DNA of 64,000 bases from IMG/VR virus record IMGVR_UViG_3300028586_000750. One strand, given 5' to 3'. The translations under genes were made by a program, and so were the position numbers. Shown piece after piece: positions 10,488 to 20,928 of the stretch. The notes beneath the pieces are model-generated. The model was not told the origin of the DNA, searched no databases, and was given only the letters and a program-made list of their open reading frames with translations. The first letter of the stretch is position 1, and every line of letters begins with the position of its first letter. The DNA comes from a virus.

Positions 10488-10820
10488 TTACTTAGCTGGC
10501 TCGTAGTAAACGACCTCGTAAGTCTTCCTTACCATTTCTGTGAACACGATATGTACGTTGGGATTACCCCAATCGCGGAAGTGGTCGACACCGTACAGGT
10601 TGTCATTTAGAGCAACACCGTAAACCTTACCATCACGGATACGAGTTGCGGTGTAGTACACCTTCCACTCGTCCAGTCCAGTGACGTAGGTGCTAGTAAT
10701 TTCTAGCCCAGTGAAGCCAGGCAGGAAACGACTGTGCTCGCCATTACGTAGCGTACCGGCCTCTGCGTTGAAGGCGCGCTTAACGTCCCTCATACGGAGC
10801 TTCATGGTTGCAGTCATCAT
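10488..10820 (-). CDS. Hypothetical protein
   Basis: 110-aa ORF with GC-richer codons. Confidence 0.65.
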   Translation of the reverse strand: MMTATMKLRMRDVKRAFNAEAGTLRNGEHSRFLPGFTGLEITSTYVTGLDEWKVYYTATRIRDGKVYGVALNDNLYGVDHFRDWGNPNVHIVFTEMVRKTYEVVYYEPAK

Positions 10821-11133
10821 CTTTCCTTAGGTTTAGTGTTTACTGACTTGTTCAAAGATATCAGTAGTGTCAACGAAAGTCAACCTACCTAATAATGACA
10901 GGACACTAAATTAGTTAGTTATTTGGATAAAAAACACGCAATCCGGATATGGTTAAGAAAAATTTTGTACAATTAAGTTTTTTGTAAAAGCACTCTCACC
11001 AGCATGTATTGTTTGTAACCCATTTGAGGGTAAATAAGTGTTTTAAATAAAAATAACAAACGCTATTTTTATAACAGAAAAGCACCGATACTCATGTAGA
11101 ACATTTACACGATTAAAGGAGGGACATATAACA

Positions 11134-14070
11134 ATGTCAAATCGTAAAGTAGTCTCAACCCGAAAAAGAATTATTGCAGGGACACTAACAACGCTATTAG
11201 CGTGTGGTGGTTTTGTTGGAATGGCCGCAACACAGGCATCAGCAGCAACATGGGCGGACCAAGCAAACAGTTCAGCTAAAGAATTACCAACAGCCGCATC
11301 AGCTTATAGCAACAAAGGAATAAGAGTAGCAGACGGAATTAATCCACCAACAAACTCATGGATTTCAGGAGCAGTTTTCGTAGGAGACGGAACACCTAAA
11401 CCAACATTTACAGGTTCCACATCATTTAAAACGTATGATGACAGTTTTGGCGTATTCATGCCTAATATTGTTGCAACACCAAAAACAGTGTTCGGTATGT
11501 ATTCCGATGATAACCAAATCAAATTCAAACCAGCCGGAGCGTCCAGCTACCAGTTAACAAGAATTGATGACATTTCCGCTGACCTAACCTATATGAACGG
11601 TTCACAAAAAGTTGGTACAGTCACATCAGCAGAAGGCTGGCCTTATGTTCAATACAAAGCAAACACAGCACAACAAGTAAAAGTTACAGCACCAAACGCT
11701 ATAACTAAAATTGATGGTGGTTACACTTTTAAAGACAACAATGGTACAACCTACAGAGTTATTACCAGTGCAACTTTGACTGACGGTAACTTAAACCTCA
11801 AAGCAGGCCAAATGGCTCATGTTTATGCGGTACCAAAAAACGCATCAGCGGATGAAATCAAAACTCTCGATGCAGGCGCTGTAGAACTAACAGGTAGTAA
11901 CACCAGTTACGCTATCACCAATGGTGAAGCTGTAACAGAGTTCACATTAAAAACAGTAGATAATAAACCAACTGTGTTTGCATCTATGCCTCACCAAGAT
12001 AAAATAACTAGTAACGGCACCACTTTAAAAAGTACCTACGAAAACCTTCAAGGAACAATGGACTTACTTAGTGGTAACAAGTTTACATACGCTATTCCAG
12101 CGCTTGCAACTCCACTTGATTTAGACCTTTCAGGTATGAGTGATGAAGAAAAGACAACACTTAAAGCTCAAATTCGTGCTGACATTCCAACAGTAACTAA
12201 ATTTGATGCCGAAGGTTCATATTATGGTGGTAAGTACCTTGAACGTGCTGTTCAGGTTTACCGTTTAGCTAAGCAGCTTGATATGAAAACGGAAAGCGCA
12301 ACATTGAAAACAGCTATCACCGCTGAGCTAGACATGTGGATGGACCCTGACCGTTGCGAAACAGAGTCAACTAAATGCTTTACCTATGATGAACTTCTTA
12401 AAGGTGTTGTTGGGCAAAAAGCAGAATATGGTTCTGATACAGAATTTAATGACCATTACTTCCACTATGGTTACTTCTTATATGCTGCGGGAGCTATGGC
12501 ATTAGATGACCCAACATTAGTTTCTAAATATAAGACTGTTGCTGACATTCTTGCTGCTGATATTGCTAATACACAAGATACTGACACAGCAATTGAACGT
12601 CGCAACTTTGATGATTATGCAGGCCACTCATGGGCTTCTGGTGTTTCACCATTCCAAGATGGAAATAACCAAGAGTCAACTAGTGAAGCAACAAATGCTT
12701 GGATTGGTCTTAACCTTTGGGCTACTGCTTCTGGTAACACCGAGTTAGCTACAGAAGCACAATGGATGTTCTCTAACGAAGCTCGCACAGCAGTTCAATA
12801 TTACCTAAATCCTACAAAAAGAGACGGCTTCACGTCGCCTCATCTATCCATGGTTTGGGGAGGTAAAGCAGACTATGCAACATGGTTCAGCGGCCAAGCA
12901 TCAGCTATTACAGGCATTCAAGTTATTCCTGTGGCACCAGCACATATTGCATATTTGAAGAGCGTAGGAGACGCGCAACTTGATGTACTTAGCGATAGCG
13001 TATTTGGAGCTAACAACGAAAATGTTTCAGGTCAACCATTGGTTGATTGGACTGTTGCGTTAACAGCAATGAATGACCAAGAACGTGCTGAATTACTTTA
13101 TGGTAAATTGAAGGACAGTGACATTGATAATGGTAATACTCGTTCTTACTTGTATGCTCTTATTCATTCCGCTGGCGCAGTTGAGTCTGCGCCAGTTATT
13201 CCAAGTAACCCTTCTGAACCAACTACACCCGTGACACCACCCGTAGTTACTCCACCTGTTACTCCACCAGTAACAACCCCCGAGCCAACTACACCACCAG
13301 TAGATAGTGGTAAAGCATCTGCAACAGGCTCATTAACTGATACTGCTGACGGTGACCACACTGTATCTGAAAATGGAAGTATCACACAAAAACTATCTTA
13401 TACAGGGTTAACACCTAATAATGATTATGTTGTTATTACAGAACTGTTTGATACCAAAACTGGTGCAATTGTTGGCGTAAAAGACAAAGTATTCCGCCCA
13501 GCAACAGCAACAGGTGAAACAAGTTTGGCCTTTAGCTACAGCGATAACTTTAAAGGTAAAACAATTGTGGCACATACTCGTTTGTTAGGGCCTGGTGGCG
13601 CTGTAATTGCTAACTTGAATAAAACAAGTGATACAAACCAGATTGTTACTTTCAGTGGTGGACAAACAACACCACCAGTTGTTACCCCACCTGTAACAAC
13701 CCCCGAGGTACCATCCGGTTCTCCTAAGTTTACTTCTGAGCTAACTGATGCTTCTGATGGTGACCACAATGCTAAAAATGGTGCAGAGTTAAAACAAACA
13801 GTTAACTATACAAACCTTAATGCAGGTCAAGATTACGTTATTGTTGTTGAACTGTTGGATGCTACAACTCAACAACCTGTGGGTGTGGTAAAAGACAAAG
13901 TATTCCGTCCATCAACATCAAATGGAACAACCACTTTGAGCGTTCCAACAAGTAACTCACAGAATGGTAAAACCGTATTCGCCAAAGTACGCTTTCTAGG
14001 GCCTGCTGGGGCAGAGTTCAGTAATGTTACTACTGAACTAAATGCAAAACAATCAGTTAAGTTAGGTTAA
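11134..14070 (+). CDS. Secreted GH81 endo-1,3-beta-glucanase with Pro/Thr linkers and two VaFE/T-Q ester-bond-like Ig domains
   Basis: Signal peptide; NDHYFHYGY and GNNQESTSEA GH81 motifs; two C-terminal repeats TD..DGDH...Y..L....Y....L.D..T......K.F.P. Confidence 0.88.
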   Translation: MSNRKVVSTRKRIIAGTLTTLLACGGFVGMAATQASAATWADQANSSAKELPTAASAYSNKGIRVADGINPPTNSWISGAVFVGDGTPKPTFTGSTSFKTYDDSFGVFMPNIVATPKTVFGMYSDDNQIKFKPAGASSYQLTRIDDISADLTYMNGSQKVGTVTSAEGWPYVQYKANTAQQVKVTAPNAITKIDGGYTFKDNNGTTYRVITSATLTDGNLNLKAGQMAHVYAVPKNASADEIKTLDAGAVELTGSNTSYAITNGEAVTEFTLKTVDNKPTVFASMPHQDKITSNGTTLKSTYENLQGTMDLLSGNKFTYAIPALATPLDLDLSGMSDEEKTTLKAQIRADIPTVTKFDAEGSYYGGKYLERAVQVYRLAKQLDMKTESATLKTAITAELDMWMDPDRCETESTKCFTYDELLKGVVGQKAEYGSDTEFNDHYFHYGYFLYAAGAMALDDPTLVSKYKTVADILAADIANTQDTDTAIERRNFDDYAGHSWASGVSPFQDGNNQESTSEATNAWIGLNLWATASGNTELATEAQWMFSNEARTAVQYYLNPTKRDGFTSPHLSMVWGGKADYATWFSGQASAITGIQVIPVAPAHIAYLKSVGDAQLDVLSDSVFGANNENVSGQPLVDWTVALTAMNDQERAELLYGKLKDSDIDNGNTRSYLYALIHSAGAVESAPVIPSNPSEPTTPVTPPVVTPPVTPPVTTPEPTTPPVDSGKASATGSLTDTADGDHTVSENGSITQKLSYTGLTPNNDYVVITELFDTKTGAIVGVKDKVFRPATATGETSLAFSYSDNFKGKTIVAHTRLLGPGGAVIANLNKTSDTNQIVTFSGGQTTPPVVTPPVTTPEVPSGSPKFTSELTDASDGDHNAKNGAELKQTVNYTNLNAGQDYVIVVELLDATTQQPVGVVKDKVFRPSTSNGTTTLSVPTSNSQNGKTVFAKVRFLGPAGAEFSNVTTELNAKQSVKLG

Positions 14071-14236
14071 CTAGGTTAGTTCTAAATTAAAAAGAAGCGG
14101 TGTCTTACAAAATATTGTAAGACACCGCTTCTTTTTAAACGTTTAAACTAGTGATCTTAATAAAGATCCATCTGATTAAATAGAAATGGTGTTGTTCGCT
14201 CTCATAAAAACGAACAACACCATAACTTTTTAACTA

Positions 14237-15979
14237 TTAAATATTACCAATCTTTTTGGTATTCGTTGGAACATTAATAAGCTTTGCAATATCCGCTGGG
14301 ATAGGTGTAGCAACACTTACGTTATTTGTTTCATCAGCAGTCATACTGCTAAGAGGAAGAACTGTTTTAGTTATAGCGTTCTTCCATGTTGGATTAATAT
14401 TTTTGTTTAATGCTTCTGGTGTATCATAGCGAATGAAATCACCTGTTGAGTCAGGTGTTACACCCCATGCAACAACAGTGTTTTGACCAGTCTGAGCACG
14501 AACATTGAATAAGTTGCCTGTTAACGTAATGTTTTTAGGAGCGGCATTCAAAGCGTAGAACTGGAACCCTTTAGTGGCACCAAAAGTGTTGTTAGCAATG
14601 GTGATATCTTTTGTTACCCATGAAACAGTAGGGTCTGGTAACGGTTGACGTGGGTCATGACCAGGAACTTTAGTGTCTGAGGCTAAACGACTATCTTGTG
14701 CTACACGAACAGCGAAGCGAGAGTTATTTTCAAACTCGTTATTGTAAACTTTTACGTCACCAGTGCCCACAATGGTTAAACCATCTGTTTGGTTACTGGA
14801 ACTGTTGTTGGCAACAATAACTTTTTGAGACAATTCAAGAGAAATACCTGTTGAACTGTTGTTATTAGTAATGCTGTTGGTAATAGACGCGTTGTAAACG
14901 GATTCGTCTAACCAAATACCTGCACCCCAGTTGTTACTTGAATAAAGGTTGTCAATTTTAACATCACGTGAACGTGTGATTTTGAAACCGCCAGCCACTG
15001 GTGCTTGTTTGAATTGCTGGAAATTGTTTTGTTCAATACGTGAGTTCGTGAAGGATGAACCGTATGCTGCGTTAGAACCTAAACCAAGCATTCCGCTTCT
15101 TAGAATAGTTACATGGTCAACTTTAGCATTGTTGTTACTCATGCTAAGACCAAGGTATGCGTTGTCTTCTATTTGAAGGTTTTGTGCTGTAGCGTTAATG
15201 TTAACCATACGGACAGCAGCTTGGTCTTCACTTGTTGAAGCGTAACGTCTTACACCAAAACCTTGAAGTGTTGTTCCTGCTGAGTTAACCATGATACCGG
15301 CACTCAAGTTGCTTATACGAACTTCTTTACCTACGGGACTTGTTCCAATAATAACTTTTTTAGCCACAGTATCAACGTAGAAAGTATTACTTTTAACTTC
15401 TGCGGCAGTGGCTACTTGTGTCATCTGCACACCATTAATGAACACTTGGTCACGTTTAGACGCTAAAGGATGGTCTTTATGTACGTAACGTGGGTTATCT
15501 GCGATACCATCAATTACTGATGATGGGAAGAAGGACCAAGGGGTTGACCATGTTGTACCATTTTGTGTCCATGTGGTTACTTTTTGCGAACCATCAAACC
15601 ATACAGTTTCTTTAGGATAAGCCTGAATGGTAAGAGGTTTGCTGTAAGGGACATTAATGCTTTCGTTGTACTCACCTGCACGTACAACAACCGTTTGACC
15701 TGCTTTAGCTTTTGTAACAGCAGCTTGAACTGTTTTTAATGGGCTTGCTAGCGTCCCTGCGGCTGTATCAGAGCCTGTTGGAGCTACAACAAGTGCAGTA
15801 GAAGGGACAGCATAGTTTGTCGTTCCTAGCTTAGCTGAGCCTTGCGTTGATGATGGTCCAGTTACAGGTAGCGTTGCAGCGTTTGCACCGGTTACTGTAA
15901 TTAGCGGAGAAACAAGAAGAGCGATAGTTATAGCACCTACCGCTCGTTTCTTTTTACTAAAAATAGATAGTTGTTTCAT
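14237..15979 (-). CDS. Secreted right-handed parallel beta-helix (pectin-lyase-like fold) protein
   Basis: Likely start MKQLSIFSKKK; signal peptide; VAPTGSD..GT..SP.KT..A motif; Asn-ladder repeats. Confidence 0.8.
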   Translation of the reverse strand: MKQLSIFSKKKRAVGAITIALLVSPLITVTGANAATLPVTGPSSTQGSAKLGTTNYAVPSTALVVAPTGSDTAAGTLASPLKTVQAAVTKAKAGQTVVVRAGEYNESINVPYSKPLTIQAYPKETVWFDGSQKVTTWTQNGTTWSTPWSFFPSSVIDGIADNPRYVHKDHPLASKRDQVFINGVQMTQVATAAEVKSNTFYVDTVAKKVIIGTSPVGKEVRISNLSAGIMVNSAGTTLQGFGVRRYASTSEDQAAVRMVNINATAQNLQIEDNAYLGLSMSNNNAKVDHVTILRSGMLGLGSNAAYGSSFTNSRIEQNNFQQFKQAPVAGGFKITRSRDVKIDNLYSSNNWGAGIWLDESVYNASITNSITNNNSSTGISLELSQKVIVANNSSSNQTDGLTIVGTGDVKVYNNEFENNSRFAVRVAQDSRLASDTKVPGHDPRQPLPDPTVSWVTKDITIANNTFGATKGFQFYALNAAPKNITLTGNLFNVRAQTGQNTVVAWGVTPDSTGDFIRYDTPEALNKNINPTWKNAITKTVLPLSSMTADETNNVSVATPIPADIAKLINVPTNTKKIGNI

Positions 15980-16165
15980 TGTTGAATTACCTTTCCTCAT
16001 GGTATTTTTTTGAATACAAAATGAACCCTTAATATGGGTGCACTCTATCCCCGTTTTAAATATCTGCATTTTGTTTAAGACCGCAACATAATAGGAAAAG
16101 TCTGGTATCAAAATGGTTAACACTTTAATACCAGACTTTTCCTAGAAAACTTTAGATAAGAATAG

Positions 16166-16456
16166 TTATTCTCCAAAAATAGCTACTCTTGCTGTTCCCA
16201 TAGCTTCTACAATCTTATCTTCCGCCCAAGATACAATAGCTTCTTTTTCATCTTCTGAGTAAATAACTTCAGAGTCGCTGACTCTATAGTTATATAAGTA
16301 TTCGTTGATAGTAGACCAACTCGTATCGCCTTCACCTGATAGCCAGTTGTTAAGAATGACGTGAGCTAATTTATCTACGGTTTCTTTATGGTCTTCATAC
16401 TTTACATCTGACATTATTTTCCTTTGTTTATGCGGGATATTACTCAATCTTACCAT
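16166..16456 (-). CDS. Hypothetical protein
   Basis: Acidic small ORF. Confidence 0.55.
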   Translation of the reverse strand: MVRLSNIPHKQRKIMSDVKYEDHKETVDKLAHVILNNWLSGEGDTSWSTINEYLYNYRVSDSEVIYSEDEKEAIVSWAEDKIVEAMGTARVAIFGE

Positions 16457-16579
16457 TTTTTGTCACATAAATCAACTTATGGTTTTGTTTGTTTCTACCT
16501 GTGTCTGGTCTATTTTTGTTTTTCTGTTTGTTTGAATTAGACATAAAAAATACCCCCCATTATAAAAATGGGGGGTATT

Positions 16580-16929
16580 TCGTAGCGAGTGTCAGCTTTA
16601 GCTCATGACTTCTGCCGCTGTCTTCACTACTACAGATTTTCACTGTTTGCCTCTTGCCACCTTCGGGTCTGAGCCAGTCCCTAATGGAGGATAGTATCCG
16701 CCGACACGTCCTTTGGTCTGTTTGCCTTGGTTATACAAACACAATACTTATTTTTATCCGTTATTCCTGGTGTCCCTCCCTTGCCACCATTACAGCAGCC
16801 GAGTTTGACTCAAAGTATTTTACAGTTTTTACCTATGCAGTTAACAACTCACTGTCAGTTTCTACGGTTTCACGATAACCGCCAACGGAACATCTTTCAG
16901 GCGCGACCCGTCAATTTGTTCACTCACAG
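16580..16929 (-). ncRNA. Candidate ~350-nt structured ncRNA directly 3' of tRNA-Lys
   Basis: No sense-strand ORF; 5' GUGAGUG pairs with 3' CACUCGC; many short helices and A-rich linkers; ends at a terminator (16548-16580). Confidence 0.5.
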
Positions 16930-17002
16930 TGCCCTCTCAGGGACTCGAACCCTGGACCCAACGATTAAGAGTCGCTTGCTCTACCAACTGAGCTAAAAAG
17001 GC
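16930..17002 (-). tRNA. tRNA-Lys(CTT)
   Basis: Full cloverleaf; loop CT-CTT-AA; T loop TTCGAGT; CCA not encoded. Confidence 0.92.
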
Positions 17003-17502
17003 GTAAATAGTGGAGAAAATGGGAACTTCCCTACATTTTCTGCACTAGACTTGGTTTTCCACTCGGGGCTATGTCAAGCCCCTGCCATCGGATTTGCTGT
17101 CTGTTACGATAAGCTCCCGGCCCGTTCCGAAGTGTACCTTTAGTATCGGTTGAATAAGTTCAAATCAGATTCAAACAAAACTAAAGTTGTTTATGTAAAT
17201 CTCTTTTGTGTTATAAGTTAAGTTTAACAGACCTTCATAGCAATGTCAAACTATTTTGTTAAATTTAAGTCCAGTTAGAGGCCAGTGTCATCATAATGAT
17301 GTAAAGAGCTTTCTAAGTACCAGGACTTAGTAGAGGCTACCTTTCCCCTATGGGGCACCTGCATTACTGGAACAGTCAATAAAAGTAAGATGAATTAAAG
17401 ATTCGAACTTTCCAGCAGAGTGTACACTCCGTCCAAGCATCCACGGAATCGAACCGTGTTCCTAGCTACTGTGGCCTACGTTGTATCTTCACTTACTTTT
17501 CG

Positions 17503-17575
17503 CTGGGGTAACTGGACTCGAACCAGTAACCTTAAAGTTAACAGCTTTCTGCTCTGCCAATTGAGCTATACCCCA
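17503..17575 (-). tRNA. tRNA-Asn(GTT)
   Basis: Cloverleaf; loop CT-GTT-AA; G73. Confidence 0.9.
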
Positions 17576-17848
17576 ATGAAGGATAATCTAATGACATCTT
17601 AGGGCTGGTCCACGTCCTTATCGCTCGCCTGCCGGAATTACTGACTTTGCAGCATTGACCTTCGCCGTATTTGGCTCTGTCATTACTTCTCTCACCTAGG
17701 AAAGAAGGGTGTTGGCTCTATTGTTTTATAGTATTTCATTTAGGAAGACTTACCTATTTGTGTGCTTCCTTGCTTATGTATCTACAATAGCACGCTTTCG
17801 TCAACCATGTCAACTCAAAAGCAAACTATTTTGAAAAAAGTTTTGAGC

Positions 17849-18202
17849 TTAATCTAGACGGTATGCAACAAGGGTTGCACGTGATGGATTGAACTGGGTA
17901 ACAAAACGCCACCCTGCGCAATCGCGTAGCCCAATACCAATAAGCGTATAATGCTCAGCATCCAACGAGTTAGAATCAGTTGTAAGCATTAGCTGAGGGC
18001 TACCCTTTTCAAACTCATCAAAAGGATGCTCAACAAAGACATAATTAATATTAGCCTCTACAGTGTCAATTTCCCAAACACGTAGGTTATTCTTTTTAGT
18101 AAGAAGCTTTACAGACTTAACCTTAATATCACCTTCATGCATTACTGCGGTTTTGCGATACACAGGTGTCACTTGTAGCCTTTTAACAAGGGGGTTGCGC
18201 AT
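17849..18202 (-). CDS. Hypothetical protein
   Basis: 117-aa ORF. Confidence 0.6.
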   Translation of the reverse strand: MRNPLVKRLQVTPVYRKTAVMHEGDIKVKSVKLLTKKNNLRVWEIDTVEANINYVFVEHPFDEFEKGSPQLMLTTDSNSLDAEHYTLIGIGLRDCAGWRFVTQFNPSRATLVAYRLD

Positions 18203-18316
18203 TTTTATCTCTCAATTCTATTGAATAATATATGATTTAAGACTAACATAGTTGATGATATAGTTCAAGCCCCAACAAATATTATGTTGGGGCTTGAACT
18301 ATAGTTTTGTGCTGAT

Positions 18317-19318
18317 TTAACGTTTGAAGAAACCTGCGACAGTTTTTGCTAGACGAGCGGCAGGAGGCGTGTAACCTTCTGGTAGCTTATCTTCATTAAC
18401 AATTCTTGGTCTTCCGTTAGAAGGTGCTGGACTTGTGCTTTGTTCAGTTTTTACTTCTGATTTAGGTTCAGCGGTTTTAACGGTTTTCTTTCTACTCTTC
18501 TTGCTCTCGCCATAAGCTTCAAAAGTCCCTTCTTTATATCCATGAGCTTTATCAATTGCAGAACCGAAAGCTTTTAATCTCATGCTTTCTGCAAGCATTT
18601 CCTCTTGGTACATTCTTTGGCCTGGTCCACCTAACAAATATGAACGGTACAAAGATTGTCCTCGTTCATTGAAATTAAAACCATTATTTTTGCGTAGGGT
18701 TGTAATATGGGCATCTGCTTCTTGTGCAGTTAAAGCTCTCTTATGAGACAAGTCAACTACTTTTTTGAATTCTTCTTTTACAATTGTAGCTTTTCTTTGT
18801 ACTTCTGCTGAATATAAAGCTCTTTCTCCAACAAAACCATTATCAAAAGTAACATGTGTAGCTGTAACTTCTTTTTCTGCTGTAATAACAGGTTGACGTG
18901 CTTTTAACACACGAGGAGCATTTACTCTTTCTTCTTCTTTGCGCCAGTGCTCTTCAATTTGTCTGACCATCGCGCGGTCAGGGTAACCTAAACGTTCTTG
19001 ACGTTTGTCATAAGCAGCTTGACTTTTACGCTGTCTTGCTTGCACATTTTCAGGTAAATTATATACTCGATCTTCTTCTTCACGATGTTTAGCATAAGCA
19101 TCTTTCATTTCTTGTGGAAGAGCTTCAAAGTCTTCAACATCTTTTAATGTGATATCTTTTTTATTTGTCTTTCGGGCTGCATCATCATTTTTCCAGTCTT
19201 GGGTTAACGTAACTGTTATTGCCTCAACGTGTTTTCCACCGTTACGACATTCTTTTTTAGCAGGACAAGTAACCCATTGACCTTCTTTTGCACCAGATTT
19301 GGCAACATGCACGCTCAT
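18317..19318 (-). CDS. Hypothetical protein with N-terminal H..CPAKKECRNGGKH motif
   Basis: 333-aa ORF; AAAGGAG RBS. Confidence 0.75.
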   Translation of the reverse strand: MSVHVAKSGAKEGQWVTCPAKKECRNGGKHVEAITVTLTQDWKNDDAARKTNKKDITLKDVEDFEALPQEMKDAYAKHREEEDRVYNLPENVQARQRKSQAAYDKRQERLGYPDRAMVRQIEEHWRKEEERVNAPRVLKARQPVITAEKEVTATHVTFDNGFVGERALYSAEVQRKATIVKEEFKKVVDLSHKRALTAQEADAHITTLRKNNGFNFNERGQSLYRSYLLGGPGQRMYQEEMLAESMRLKAFGSAIDKAHGYKEGTFEAYGESKKSRKKTVKTAEPKSEVKTEQSTSPAPSNGRPRIVNEDKLPEGYTPPAARLAKTVAGFFKR

Positions 19319-19412
19319 ATTTTCTCCTTTAAAGCTGTATTACTTTATATATAACGGCGAAAGCCTTCCCTATAAATAGGGAAGGCTTTTCTTATGAGAG
19401 TTTTTTGTTGCG

Positions 19413-19979
19413 TTAGCGCTTCGGGGTGGCCTCATTGATGACCTTGTGCTGGTCGGTCGTGTAAATGACACGCTTGACACCGGCCTCTTCCAGAAGCTTC
19501 GTGCAGTTCTCGCAGGGGCGCGAGAAACGCGGTCGGCCCTGCTTGTCCACGCGAGCAACGTAGATGGTAGCGCCACGAGGGTCAGGAACGCGGCTCAGCG
19601 CGTCAGCCTCCGCGTGAGTGCTGATGTTGGGGTCGTACTCAGTGCTCTCGCTGACGGTCGTGTGACGGCTGCGGTAGCGGTTAATGCCCACCGAAAGGAC
19701 GCGGCCACCACGAACAACAACTGCACCGTGCTGACGGTTAACGTCGGAAGTCTCAGCAACCTTAGTGGCAAGGTCAAGGAAGGAACGCTGGCTGCGCGAA
19801 AGAGGGGTGTGGGGAAGCTCGAACGTACCAAGACGGTTCGCGTTTCCCTTGAACAGTCGGTTCCTCGGCGGGGCGCACATTTCCTGAAAAGACATTTCCG
19901 TGTAACTTTCTCTCATAAATTTAACGGTTGATACTCTTAGTGTAGCAAGCTGTACTGAGGAATGCAACTTCGCAAGCAA
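19413..19979 (-). CDS. Zn-dependent cytidine/dCMP/TadA-superfamily deaminase
   Basis: HGAVVV..G, HAEADAL and SRPCENC motifs; true start probably downstream of 19979; GC-rich relative to the window. Confidence 0.88.
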   Translation of the reverse strand: MLAKLHSSVQLATLRVSTVKFMRESYTEMSFQEMCAPPRNRLFKGNANRLGTFELPHTPLSRSQRSFLDLATKVAETSDVNRQHGAVVVRGGRVLSVGINRYRSRHTTVSESTEYDPNISTHAEADALSRVPDPRGATIYVARVDKQGRPRFSRPCENCTKLLEEAGVKRVIYTTDQHKVINEATPKR

Positions 19980-20053
19980 ACTTTTGGAAAATATTTGAAA
20001 AAAAGTTTTGGCCTCTCAATCGGATATGACTGAGAGGCCAAAACTAAATGTGG

Positions 20054-20509
20054 TTATTTGATTTTTACAACACCAAGAGACATGTATTCGTTTGAGTGTC
20101 TAATGATTGCTTCCATATCTTCTGCATGGTAGATAAGACCGTTATTACCTAACCAAACAGGTGAATGCGTTTTAGTATGACCGACCACGTTGAACAGTTC
20201 TTTATCCACAACGATAACGCTTCCTTTAGTGAAGGAATAGTTCCATTTGGTGAAAGCTGAATAAAATGCGAAATCTGCAATCGATAGGTTCTTGTGTTTT
20301 TCACCTGCGATTGTAACAAAGTTAAATGTGCCACGTTTTAGGCTTTGGGAAAGGACATATCCGTAGTTAACGTTTTTGCCCGCAATGATTTTGACTTTGG
20401 AACGGTTGCGAATAACAGTATTAAGGTCATCAATTTGAGGAACTAACCCTGAATGGCACCCTGACATATCATTTAGAGTATAGGCATTAACTTTCATGGC
20501 AAAACTCAC
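20054..20509 (-). CDS. Hypothetical protein
   Basis: Overlaps upstream ORF by 4 nt. Confidence 0.6.
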   Translation of the reverse strand: MSFAMKVNAYTLNDMSGCHSGLVPQIDDLNTVIRNRSKVKIIAGKNVNYGYVLSQSLKRGTFNFVTIAGEKHKNLSIADFAFYSAFTKWNYSFTKGSVIVVDKELFNVVGHTKTHSPVWLGNNGLIYHAEDMEAIIRHSNEYMSLGVVKIK

Positions 20510-20913
20510 TTGTTGTGAATATCAAGCTTGGGAACAAGCTTTAGAAGGCCCTCTGGGATAAGGCTATTAGTCCACTCACCGTCAACAGGAGAAACAATAT
20601 AGGTATCCCCGGTCTGGTTCCATACAGCATAATCCGCTGTGTCAGCAAGAACGCGCACATGTGGACGATTAGGGTTGAAGTTGCTGAAAGTGGTTACAAC
20701 AAGCTTGCTACCAACAACACTAAGGTTCTCAGGGTTCACATGTGGGTAAGTTCCAATAATATCAGCTACATAGAAGTTAGTATCATGGTCACCCTTTAGC
20801 TTCTGGTGCCCTTCTTTGAATGATAGACAAAGAGCATCTAGCGTATCAGGTTCGTCATCAAGACGCACAACAGTAATACGGGGAAGTTCAGTTTCAATGT
20901 GGATGTAAGACAT
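20506..20913 (-). CDS. Hypothetical protein
   Basis: 135-aa ORF in operon. Confidence 0.6.
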   Translation of the reverse strand: MSYIHIETELPRITVVRLDDEPDTLDALCLSFKEGHQKLKGDHDTNFYVADIIGTYPHVNPENLSVVGSKLVVTTFSNFNPNRPHVRVLADTADYAVWNQTGDTYIVSPVDGEWTNSLIPEGLLKLVPKLDIHNK

Positions 20914-20928
20914 TATTTTCCTAAATAG

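Noticed and set aside
17395-17470. Isolated T-arm-like hairpins (also about 32418-32445, 32609-32683, 35913-35937)
   Set aside because: No convincing acceptor partner; treated as remnants rather than genes
16654-17602. Plus-strand ORFs 16654..16878, 16727..16996, 17420..17602
   Set aside because: Antisense shadows of tRNA/ncRNA (e.g. GTRTLDPTIKSRLLYQLS is a typical tRNA reverse translation)
19446-19931. 161-aa plus-strand ORF
   Set aside because: Antisense to the deaminase; open because of high GC
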